64,000 bases of DNA from Mogibacterium sp. (GTDB lineage Bacteria > Bacillota > Clostridia > Peptostreptococcales > Anaerovoracaceae), in assembly GCA_017405845.1 (NCBI GenBank), contig JAFQZQ010000017.1, forward strand, positions 6,855 to 70,854, written 5' to 3'. Each line of letters opens with the position of its first letter. Position 1 is the stretch's first letter. A program made the translations under genes and the position numbers. Positions 10,541 to 19,317 of this stretch are shown here, in pieces. A model generated the notes under the pieces. It ran no database searches. It had not been told where the DNA came from and saw only the letters and a program-made list of their open reading frames with translations.

Positions 10541-11862
10541 CTGCGTTCACCCCTTCTTTCGCTCCATACGAATTTGATAGATGTACCCTCAAAATCGAAG
10601 GCTTCTCTTATTTTATTCTCAAGATATCTCGCATACGAGAAATGCATGAGTTCCCTGTCATTTATGCTGAACGAGAACAGCGGTGGTTTTGTCCCGATCT
10701 GAGTAGCGTAGTATATTTTGAGTCTGCGTCCCTTATCTGAAGGCGGCTGTCTCATCATGACTGCGTCCTCAATTATGCTGTTGAGCTTGCCCGTTGTTAT
10801 ACGTACGCTTCTGGCGTCAGCAATGCGTGAGCATCTTTCGATAATGTCGAAGATCCTGAGCTTGTTGAGCACAGATGTGAAAACTATAGGAGCATACGAT
10901 GCAAAGAGCAGTTCAGCCTTTATCTTTCTCTCATAGTCGCGCATGGTATTGGTCTCTTTTTCTATAAGATCCCATTTGTTTACGACTATCAGCAGACCCT
11001 TACCAGCCTCATGAGCGTATCCTGCTATCTTCTTATCCTGCTCCGTGAGCCCTTCGACTGCATCGATCATAAGTACGCATATGTCGCAGCGCTCTATCGC
11101 CGCAATAGCTCTGACCACGCTGAATTTCTCTATGGAGTCGTTCACCTTGCTCTTTTTGCGGAGACCCGCTGTATCAATCAGAGTGTACTCCCTGTCCTTG
11201 TAAGTGAACGGTGTGTCTATGGTGTCACGCGTGGTACCGGCTATAGGCGAAACGATAACTCTTTTCTGCTGCGTAAGAGCGTTTACCAGCGATGACTTTC
11301 CAACGTTTGGTTTTCCGATGATTGCGATATGCACGCTTTCATCAACTCTTCCGAAGGAATCTTCAGGGAATCCATCGACTATTCTGTCGAGCAGATCACC
11401 TATGTTGGTCATATTTGCTGCGCTTATAGGCACAGGTTCACCGAATCCGAGCTCATAGAAATCGAGAACGACTTCATATGCCTTTGATGGGGAATCCACC
11501 TTGTTGACTACAAGGATGACCTCCTTACCGGTGCGGCGCAGAAGATCAGCTACCTCTCTGTCAGCAGTTGTGAGTCCTTCCTTTCCGTCTACCATGAAGC
11601 ATATGACGTCTGCCATGTCCATGGCCATGATGGCCTGGTCTCTCATCTGGGAGCGTATGGTGTCATCCGTGCGCACCTCAATACCGCCGGTATCAATTAC
11701 GGCAAACTCCTTGCCGTTCCACTCGGTCTCGGCGTAGATCCTGTCACGCGTAACTCCCGGAACATCCTCAACGATGGCTCTTCTTTCACCGATCAGCCTG
11801 TTGAAGAATGTTGATTTGCCTACGTTAGGCCTTCCTACTATAGCTAAAATGGGTTTACTCAT
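10537..11862 (-). CDS. der: ribosome-associated GTPase Der/EngA
   Basis: Start moved to ATG 11862 (MSKPILAIVGRPNVGKS) with a GGAGGG RBS. Two tandem G domains (GRPNVGKST..DTGG; GKPNVGKSS..DTAG..NKWD) plus a KH-like C-terminus. 8-nt overlap with the ftsY stop. Confidence 0.92.
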   Translation of the reverse strand: MSKPILAIVGRPNVGKSTFFNRLIGERRAIVEDVPGVTRDRIYAETEWNGKEFAVIDTGGIEVRTDDTIRSQMRDQAIMAMDMADVICFMVDGKEGLTTADREVADLLRRTGKEVILVVNKVDSPSKAYEVVLDFYELGFGEPVPISAANMTNIGDLLDRIVDGFPEDSFGRVDESVHIAIIGKPNVGKSSLVNALTQQKRVIVSPIAGTTRDTIDTPFTYKDREYTLIDTAGLRKKSKVNDSIEKFSVVRAIAAIERCDICVLMIDAVEGLTEQDKKIAGYAHEAGKGLLIVVNKWDLIEKETNTMRDYERKIKAELLFASYAPIVFTSVLNKLRIFDIIERCSRIADARSVRITTGKLNSIIEDAVMMRQPPSDKGRRLKIYYATQIGTKPPLFSFSINDRELMHFSYARYLENKIREAFDFEGTSIKFVWSERRGERR

Positions 11863-12754
11863 CGAATATACCCTCCACAAAATCATGTGCATTGAACGGC
11901 TGCAGGTCTGTCATCTTCTCCCCGACTCCGAGGAACTTTATCGGCATGTCGAACTCATCAGTAATAGTGATGGTGATGCCGCCTCTTGCAGTGCCGTCCA
12001 TCTTTGTAAGTACGATACCTGTGATATCAGCGATATTGTTGAACTCTTCAGCCTGGCTCACGGCATTTTTACCTGACGTAGCGTCCACTACGAGAAGGTT
12101 CTCCCTTGTTGCTTCAGGCCATTCTCTTGAAATGACCCTGCTCATTTTCTCGAGTTCCTTCATGAGGTTTGCCTTGTTCTGAAGTCTGCCGGCTGTATCG
12201 CAGATAAGAACATCAACGTTATTTGCCTTTGCCGACTGTATCGCATCGTATATGACAGCTGTCGGGTCCGCACCTTCTTCTCTTCTGATGACCTTTTCGA
12301 CTCCGACTCTCTGTCCCCAAAGCTCAAGCTGCTCTGCCGCTGCAGCACGGAAAGTGTCGGCAGCTGCCAGCATGACCGTTTTACCCTGCTGGATGTACAG
12401 ATTAGCGAGCTTTGCGATCGTAGTGGTCTTACCGCCTCCGTTGATGCCTATCATGAGTATTACAAGAGGGTACTCATCTTTCATGAGGTTACGCTCACCC
12501 TTGTCCATGATTTCTTCAACGATGCGTGAAAGTTCACTCTTTATCTCGCGTTCTCTTGTTATGTATTTGTAGTTGATCGCTTTATTCAGCTCCTCAATTA
12601 TCTTGGCAGATGTCTCAATCCCGACGTCGGCCATAACAAGTGACTCCTCGAGCTGATCGAGGAATTCCGGACCGAGCTCCGGATTGTCATAGACTGCCAT
12701 GGTAATGGAGTCGATGAATTTACGAAATATTGATTTCTTTTCAAACAGTGCCAT
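11855..12754 (-). CDS. ftsY: signal recognition particle receptor FtsY (short form, no acidic A domain)
   Basis: 299 aa. Motifs GINGGGKTTTIAKLA, DTAGRLQ, TKMDGTARGG. Confidence 0.92.
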   Translation of the reverse strand: MALFEKKSIFRKFIDSITMAVYDNPELGPEFLDQLEESLVMADVGIETSAKIIEELNKAINYKYITREREIKSELSRIVEEIMDKGERNLMKDEYPLVILMIGINGGGKTTTIAKLANLYIQQGKTVMLAAADTFRAAAAEQLELWGQRVGVEKVIRREEGADPTAVIYDAIQSAKANNVDVLICDTAGRLQNKANLMKELEKMSRVISREWPEATRENLLVVDATSGKNAVSQAEEFNNIADITGIVLTKMDGTARGGITITITDEFDMPIKFLGVGEKMTDLQPFNAHDFVEGIFDE

Positions 12755-12768
12755 TTATCGGCCTCCTT

Positions 12769-15700
12769 CTATTCAAGTCCTTCCGGATCGAATTCGTCTC
12801 CCAGCTTGAGCGACAGCATGCGTGAGATACCCTGCTCAGGCATCGTTACGCCGTAAAGAACATCTGCGTGCTCCATTGTCGCCTTCTGGTGTGTGATGAG
12901 CGCAAACTGAATGTTTTCGAAGTTCTTTAAGTAATCCGAGAACCTCTCGATGTTCACTTCGTCGAGGGCTGCCTCAACCTCGTCCAGAATTACAAACGGT
13001 GTAGGCTTTGCCTTCAGCACGGCGAACATAAGCGCTATAGCTGTCAGTGTTTTCTCTCCGCCGGACAGCAGGTTGATATTCTTTAGCTTTTTGCCCGGCG
13101 GCTGTGCGGTTATCTCAATTCCTGATTCAAGAGGCTTCGTTTCATCCTCGAGTCTGAGCTCCGCGTAACCGCCTCCGAAGAGTTCCTTGAACGATTCCTC
13201 AAAGTTGACTACGACGCGGTCGAAGTTCTCCTTGAATTTGGTTCTGATCGTTTTATCCATGTTGGAGATGATCTCGTTCAGCTCGTTCATAGCCTTTGTA
13301 AGATCCGCCTCCTGAGCTGTCATGAACTCATATCTCTTGCTGACAGCCTTGTACTCCTCGATAGCCCCGACATTTACGTCTCCGAGTTCTGCAAGACGCA
13401 GTCTGATCTCTCTGGATTCACGGTTGCCTGCAGTGATCGCGAAGTTTTCATCTCTCATGTCGAGAGCTTCTGCATATGATACTTCGAAGTCATCCCAGAG
13501 CTTGTCTTTCTGAGTATCCAGCAGGGTCTCATTTCTTGCAGTTCTGACTTCGAGCCTGTAACGCTCGTCGCGGACCTTCTCAACTTCTTCCCTGTCCTTC
13601 TTCTGAGAAGCCAAAAGCGCATCGCTTCTGCTTCTTCCGTCCTCGAGCATCGAAGTAATATTGGCGATCTTTTCTTCAAGTTCTGCCTTCTCCTGACTGA
13701 GTGCGCGCTCCTTATCACCTGATTTTTCGCCGGACGTAGTAAGTCTTTCCTTGTCTTCGTTCAGCTCTTTCTGCAGTGCCAGATTATCTTCGACTGTTGC
13801 CTCGAGTTCGGTAACATCGTCTCTGACGCGTTCTATCATCTCGTTGTCGGCAAGCATTCTTGATTCTCTCTCGCCTATTTTGACCCTTAGAGCAACTATT
13901 GCCTCGTTGTCCTGTTCTATTACAGGTTTGATATCTTCAGCCTCTTTCATGAGAGCTTCAGCAGCAGCTTCCGAATCAGCATACTCTTTCTCTGCCTCTT
14001 CGATACTCTTCTTATGAGCCTCTATCATTGAATCAGCTCTTTCGATATCCGATTCGAGAGTCTCCATGTTGGCTCTGAATCTTTCAGCAGCGCCCTCATC
14101 CTCTTTTACGAGCGTCTCAGCGTGATCCTTATCTGCTCTGAGAACGTTTCCGGCAATATCGAGTTCTGTGATCTCGGTGCGCAGTACATCTCTTTCAGCT
14201 CTGAGACTTGCTCTTTGCTCGTCGAGTTTCTCTCTGGCAGCGTTCAGCTCTGCAGTCTTGCTGTTGTAATCAGCGATCCTGTCTTTGAGCGTGCTAATCT
14301 CTTTTTTGCGGTCAAGCAGATTCGCTGTTCTGTTCTTATATCTTCCGCCTGTGATCGCACCGAACGCGTTTATAACTTCCCCGTCTTTTGTGACTATCCT
14401 GAATCCGCCGATGTCCATTTTGGAAATGCGTACGGCTCTTTCCATGTCTTCAGCAATTATCACTCTGCAGAGAAGATAATCGACAATTTCTCTGAATCTG
14501 TCATCGCATTCAACCATTTCGGAGGCGATGCCGATGTATCCGGCAGCAGAGCGTACGCTGTTATTTACCATGAGTCTGTCAGCTCTTACAGACTTTACAG
14601 GCAGGAATGTAGCTCTTCCGAGACCGGTCTGCTTTAACCACTCGATCGTTTCTGTAGCGGAAGCATCATCTTCGCAGACGATGTTCTGAAGCGCGTTTCC
14701 AAGAGCTGTCTCTACAGCAGTCTCATAGCCGCGCGGAACACTTATGATGTCCGAAACCGTACCGATTATGCCTCTGCGTCCGGCATTCATGACCGATCTG
14801 ACCGCATTGTTGTAGCCCTCATAGTTGGCTTCCATCTCTTCGATGGTGCTGCGTCTGGCGATTGCCTGGTTGCATCTTACCGATATTTCATCGATTGCCC
14901 GTATTGTCTTCTCGACGTTGGTTGCTACGGTAATAATTTTATCGTTAACAGCATCAAGTTCGTCTTTCTTCGCCTGTAATGCTGCCTCGTTTTCGTCTAT
15001 CTTCTGCTCGATGAGCTTAAGATTCTCTCTGTTTTCGGTATCAGTTCTGTCTCTTGTCTCAAATTCCTCTTTTAAGGTCTCTTTGCGCTCCTCAAGAGTA
15101 GTTTTATAGTTGCTGAGAGTCTTTATTTCCGCATTTCTGGTGACGTTGCGGTTATTTATATCGATAAGTCTGCTCTTGATCTCCTCTGTCTGCATCGAGA
15201 TAGAGGACGCTTTTCTTGAATCCTCGTTGAACTTCATGACAGCGTCTTCAAGCTCGTTTCTGAGCTTGTCCATATCGCGGTTCATAGCCTTTTCGCCTTC
15301 TTCAAGCCTGGCAAGTTCATCTCTCTCCGTGCCGAGTCTCTCGTTAGAAGAAGTCAGTTCGTCTTCTAATCTGCCAAGCTCTTTTTCGATATTGGCAAGA
15401 CGTTCTTTGTTAAGCTTTCCGCCGCTCGTGATGTCGGCAAGCTCATCTATAGCCTCGAGGAGTCTCGCATTGGTGCTGCCGTATTCCTCGTTCAGTTCTG
15501 ATTCGTTGTCGCGTATCTGCTCGAGCTTCTCATCAGTGTCAGCTAATCTTGCCGTCGCAAGCTCGAGTCTGGACTGAAGTGCTTCCAGCTCTTCCTTGCC
15601 CTCACGAACGCTTACCTCAAGGTTCTCAAGGTTATGAAGGATTATGTTGATGCCAAGGGTTTTATATCTGTCTCTGAGACCTATGTATTCTGTAGCCTTT

Positions 15701-16329
15701 TCCGAATCTTCCTTCAGCCCGCCTATGCGGCCTTCGATCTCGGCTATGATGTCCCTGACTCTGTCCAGGTCTACAGTGGCTGCCTTTAGCTTGTTTTCAG
15801 CTTCGCTCTTTCTGCTCTTGTAGAGCACAACTCCTGCAGCTTCCTCAAAAATCTGTCTTCTGTTCTCGGGTCTGGTGCTGACTATGTCCGCAATCTTACC
15901 CTGGCCGATTATGGAATATCCCTCGACTCCGATACCTGTATCCATGAAAAGTTCACGGATATCTCTGAGCCTGCACTGGTTGCCGTTGATAAGATATTCG
16001 CTCTCACCGGAACGGAACATGCGCCTTGTGACAGCTACCTCGTTATACTCGAGCGGCAGTATGCCGTTCGTATTATCAATAACGAGAGTGACCTCGGCCA
16101 TTCCCTTCGGTTTCCTTGTGGCTGTTCCGGCGAATATTACATCCTGCATCTTCGATCCACGGAGCTGTTTGGAGCTCTGCTCTCCGAGCACCCATCTGAG
16201 TGCATCAGAGATATTGCTCTTTCCGCTGCCGTTAGGACCAATGATGCACGTTACGCCTTCATTGAGCTCTATTACTACGGGATCCGCAAATGATTTGAAT
16301 CCCTGCATTTCGATCCTTTTAAAATACAA
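12769..16329 (-). CDS. smc: chromosome partition protein SMC
   Basis: 1186 aa. Walker A GPNGSGKSN, long coiled coils flanking a hinge, signature LSGGEKTLTAIAL, Walker B FVILDEVEAALD. Confidence 0.95.
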   Translation of the reverse strand: MYFKRIEMQGFKSFADPVVIELNEGVTCIIGPNGSGKSNISDALRWVLGEQSSKQLRGSKMQDVIFAGTATRKPKGMAEVTLVIDNTNGILPLEYNEVAVTRRMFRSGESEYLINGNQCRLRDIRELFMDTGIGVEGYSIIGQGKIADIVSTRPENRRQIFEEAAGVVLYKSRKSEAENKLKAATVDLDRVRDIIAEIEGRIGGLKEDSEKATEYIGLRDRYKTLGINIILHNLENLEVSVREGKEELEALQSRLELATARLADTDEKLEQIRDNESELNEEYGSTNARLLEAIDELADITSGGKLNKERLANIEKELGRLEDELTSSNERLGTERDELARLEEGEKAMNRDMDKLRNELEDAVMKFNEDSRKASSISMQTEEIKSRLIDINNRNVTRNAEIKTLSNYKTTLEERKETLKEEFETRDRTDTENRENLKLIEQKIDENEAALQAKKDELDAVNDKIITVATNVEKTIRAIDEISVRCNQAIARRSTIEEMEANYEGYNNAVRSVMNAGRRGIIGTVSDIISVPRGYETAVETALGNALQNIVCEDDASATETIEWLKQTGLGRATFLPVKSVRADRLMVNNSVRSAAGYIGIASEMVECDDRFREIVDYLLCRVIIAEDMERAVRISKMDIGGFRIVTKDGEVINAFGAITGGRYKNRTANLLDRKKEISTLKDRIADYNSKTAELNAAREKLDEQRASLRAERDVLRTEITELDIAGNVLRADKDHAETLVKEDEGAAERFRANMETLESDIERADSMIEAHKKSIEEAEKEYADSEAAAEALMKEAEDIKPVIEQDNEAIVALRVKIGERESRMLADNEMIERVRDDVTELEATVEDNLALQKELNEDKERLTTSGEKSGDKERALSQEKAELEEKIANITSMLEDGRSRSDALLASQKKDREEVEKVRDERYRLEVRTARNETLLDTQKDKLWDDFEVSYAEALDMRDENFAITAGNRESREIRLRLAELGDVNVGAIEEYKAVSKRYEFMTAQEADLTKAMNELNEIISNMDKTIRTKFKENFDRVVVNFEESFKELFGGGYAELRLEDETKPLESGIEITAQPPGKKLKNINLLSGGEKTLTAIALMFAVLKAKPTPFVILDEVEAALDEVNIERFSDYLKNFENIQFALITHQKATMEHADVLYGVTMPEQGISRMLSLKLGDEFDPEGLE

Positions 16330-16332
16330 CTG

Positions 16333-17031
16333 CTATACTCCCTTCGAAAGTGCGTCTTCTGCTGCTGCCTGCTCTGCTTTCGCCTTACTCTGTCCTGTTC
16401 CCCTGCCGGCAGTCCTTCCGTTAATCTCCACTTCGATCGTGAATGTTTTATTATGGTCAGGCCCTGATTCCGCAACCTTGCGGTAGTCGATCTTGACGTT
16501 GTGATCTGCTTCCTGAAGTTTTTCCTGCAGCTTTGTTTTGAAGTCCTTGTTGAGCTTGCCCTGAGCGCCGAGCATTATGCGCTCATTAAGCAGCCGCAGG
16601 ATGATGTCCCTGCCTGCCTCGTAGCCTCCGTCAAGGATGATGGCTCCGACCAGAGCTTCAAACGCGTCTGCAAGTATCGAAGCTTTGTTTCTTCCTCCGC
16701 TCGCTTCTTCACCCTTGCCGAGATATAGGAACTCTCCAAGTCCCATCTCAGAGGCTGTACCTGCAAGTGAGTCTTCGCATACTACGTCTGCCCTGCATCT
16801 CGACAGTATTCCCTCGTGGGCTGATTCCATTATTTCAAACAGCCTTGCGCCAACAACCGCATCAACATATGCGTCCCCGATAAACTCGAGCCTTTCATTG
16901 TTGCGCACATAGCCCAGCTTGTGCTCTGATGCATACGAGCTGTGAGTGAGTGCCGTCTTTACAAGCTTCTCATTTTTGAAACGGTATCCGATTAAACTGT
17001 ATAACTTCTCAAGGTCAACGGCCTGCGCCAT
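16333..17031 (-). CDS. rnc: ribonuclease III
   Basis: 232 aa. RNase III signature NERLEFIGDA and a C-terminal dsRBD (HNKTFTIEV...GTGQSKAKAEQAAA). Confidence 0.95.
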   Translation of the reverse strand: MAQAVDLEKLYSLIGYRFKNEKLVKTALTHSSYASEHKLGYVRNNERLEFIGDAYVDAVVGARLFEIMESAHEGILSRCRADVVCEDSLAGTASEMGLGEFLYLGKGEEASGGRNKASILADAFEALVGAIILDGGYEAGRDIILRLLNERIMLGAQGKLNKDFKTKLQEKLQEADHNVKIDYRKVAESGPDHNKTFTIEVEINGRTAGRGTGQSKAKAEQAAAEDALSKGV

Positions 17032-18053
17032 TATTCTTCTCCTTTTTTAGCGAGTTCTTCGCTGTTTGCGATCGCCTCAGCGATCATTCCTGTAATATTG
17101 TTATCCACGTAATCTACAGCTCTGTGGATTGCATAGTAAACTTCCGTTGCTTTGGAATTTCCGTGTATCTTCAGAACCGCACCGGTAAGTCCGAGAATAG
17201 GTGCTCCGCCTGCGTCTGAATAATCAAAAACAGCTTTGATCTCTTTGATTTTGCTGTAAGCAAGCATGGCTCCGGCTTTAGCTATCACTCCCTCAGTCAG
17301 CTTGCGCTTGAACTCGCCCATAATGGCAAGGCTCATGCCTTCGCTGCTCTTGAGGTAGATGTTGCCGCTGAATCCATCCGTAACTACAACATCAGTCTCA
17401 CCGAATATGACGTCGCGGGCTTCAATGTTGCCCTGGAAGTTAAGGCCGCTTTCTTTAAGCATGTTGTAAGCTGTCTTGTGGAGCTCGTCGCCCTTGCCTT
17501 CTTCTGCACCTACATTAAGCAGTCTTACGATAGGAGCTTCGTTTCCGGTTATACCCTTAACGAAAATGCTTCCCATAATGCCGTACTGATATATGTATTC
17601 AGGCTTTGCCTCTACGCTGGCACCGCAGTCGAGGAGCAGTGTAACACCTTCTTTTCCCGCACGCGGGAACCACGCTGCAATCGCAGGCCTCTTAATGCCT
17701 TTGATGCGGCCTAGCGTAACCAGACCTCCTGCAAGGAGAGCTCCGGTACTCCCGCCTGAGATGAATATATCCGCCTCTCCGCTCTTGAGCATGTTCATGC
17801 CCTTAACAATGGTGGAATCCTTTTTCTTTCTTACTGCCATTGCCGGCTGCTCTTCGTTCGTGATCACCTCAGTGGCATTCACGACTTCAATGTTGTCGCC
17901 CCTCCACCTGTTGGCCCTGAGCTGCTCATTTATCTCATCCTCAGGTCCAATGATAACGACTGTCTCACTTATCTCGGATGCAGCTTTGATAGCTCCCTTT
18001 ACTATTTCTGCCGGAGCGTAGTCGCCGCCCATTCCATCTATCAAGATCTTCAT
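17031..18053 (-). CDS. plsX: phosphate acyltransferase PlsX
   Basis: Start moved to ATG 18053 (MKILIDGMGGDYAP) with a GGAGG RBS 7 nt upstream. The stop overlaps the rnc ATG by 1 nt. Confidence 0.92.
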   Translation of the reverse strand: MKILIDGMGGDYAPAEIVKGAIKAASEISETVVIIGPEDEINEQLRANRWRGDNIEVVNATEVITNEEQPAMAVRKKKDSTIVKGMNMLKSGEADIFISGGSTGALLAGGLVTLGRIKGIKRPAIAAWFPRAGKEGVTLLLDCGASVEAKPEYIYQYGIMGSIFVKGITGNEAPIVRLLNVGAEEGKGDELHKTAYNMLKESGLNFQGNIEARDVIFGETDVVVTDGFSGNIYLKSSEGMSLAIMGEFKRKLTEGVIAKAGAMLAYSKIKEIKAVFDYSDAGGAPILGLTGAVLKIHGNSKATEVYYAIHRAVDYVDNNITGMIAEAIANSEELAKKGEE

Positions 18054-18175
18054 AAGTAACCTCCGAAAATCCATATTGAGTGCGTATGCACATACTTCTC
18101 TATCAAATCACATAAATAATCAAGATATTATATCATAAAACACCCTGAAGAGCTTGTAATTTTAGTATTGTATGC

Positions 18176-18203
18176 AATATAAAACGGAGCGCATAAGCGC
18201 CCC
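18176..18203 (-). terminator. rho-independent terminator after rlmN
   Basis: Minus strand GGGGCGC-uuau-GCGCUCC (one G.U pair) followed by GUUUUAUAUUG. Confidence 0.6.
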
Positions 18204-18230
18204 GTGTGACAAAAAGAACCATCCCCTTTG

Positions 18231-19262
18231 TCACTTATTTCTCCTCAGCTGACCGCAAGCAGCGTCAATATCACTTCCCAGTGTGCGTCTTACCGTAACG
18301 GCTACACCATTACTTTCAAGTATCCTTTTGAATTCGGCAACGTTTTTGCCTTTCGCCGTTTTATACTCCCTGCCCTTAACCTCATTCAGCGGTATAAGGT
18401 TTACGTGCGTAAGCCAGCCTTTGAGCTTCGAAGCCAGCTCTCTTGCACATTCCGGATTGTCATTGACACCATCTATGACAGCGTACTCGAACGTGATGCG
18501 CCTGCCTGTAAGCCCGGTGTATTCCCTGCAAGCCTTCATAAGCTCATCGTAATTGTACTTTCCGGCTATCGGCATGGTGCGCCGCCTCAGCTCCTGATTC
18601 GGAGCATGAAGTGAAACAGCAAGATTCACCTGCGGAAAGTCTACAGCAAACTCCCTGATTTTCTGAACAAGTCCGCATGTAGATACCGTTATGTTGCGAA
18701 GTCCGAGGTCATAGCCCTTTCTGTCATGAATCAGCCTGATGAAACGCGAGAGACCTTCATAATTATCGAACGGCTCTCCCATTCCCATTACTACAACATG
18801 TCCGATGTCCTCGCCGGTTAAATTTCTCATAGCGAGCACCTGACCCAGCATCTCGCCTCCGGTGAGGCTTCTGTCCAGGCCATCCATAGTTGAAGCGCAG
18901 AAAGTGCATCCCATACGGCAGCCTACCTGTGAAGAAATACAGATAGAGTTGCCGTACTCATACTTCATAAAAACAGATTCTACCTGTGCACCGTCTTCAA
19001 ACTCAAAGAGGCACTTCACGGTGCCGTCCCTGGATTCCTGCTTGCGTACTACTTCAGGCAGACCGATGTAATATACTTCCGATAGTCTGCTTCTGAGACC
19101 AGCCGGAACGTTTTTCATATCATCGAAGCACTCGATGCCTTTTGCGAGCCACCCAAAGATTTGTGCTGCACGGAACTTCTTTTCACCAAGTTCTGCAACG
19201 ATATCTTCCAACTCCGGCGGAGTAAAATCCAGTATATTTTTCTTACTTAATTCTGTTGCCAT
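18231..19262 (-). CDS. rlmN: 23S rRNA m2A2503 / tRNA m2A37 methyltransferase RlmN (radical SAM)
   Basis: 343 aa. Motifs CISSQVGCRMGCTFCAST, MGMGEP and the C-terminal catalytic Cys region (DIDAACGQL). Confidence 0.9.
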   Translation of the reverse strand: MATELSKKNILDFTPPELEDIVAELGEKKFRAAQIFGWLAKGIECFDDMKNVPAGLRSRLSEVYYIGLPEVVRKQESRDGTVKCLFEFEDGAQVESVFMKYEYGNSICISSQVGCRMGCTFCASTMDGLDRSLTGGEMLGQVLAMRNLTGEDIGHVVVMGMGEPFDNYEGLSRFIRLIHDRKGYDLGLRNITVSTCGLVQKIREFAVDFPQVNLAVSLHAPNQELRRRTMPIAGKYNYDELMKACREYTGLTGRRITFEYAVIDGVNDNPECARELASKLKGWLTHVNLIPLNEVKGREYKTAKGKNVAEFKRILESNGVAVTVRRTLGSDIDAACGQLRRNK

Positions 19263-19265
19263 TCT

Positions 19266-19303
19266 TCAAAAAGATGTTGCCTGCAGATCAATCCACAGGC
19301 AAC
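19266..19303 (-). terminator. rho-independent terminator after ileS
   Basis: Minus strand GUUGCCUG-12 nt loop-CAGGCAAC followed by AUCUUUUU. Confidence 0.65.
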
Positions 19304-19317
19304 GTTTTAATTCTTTA

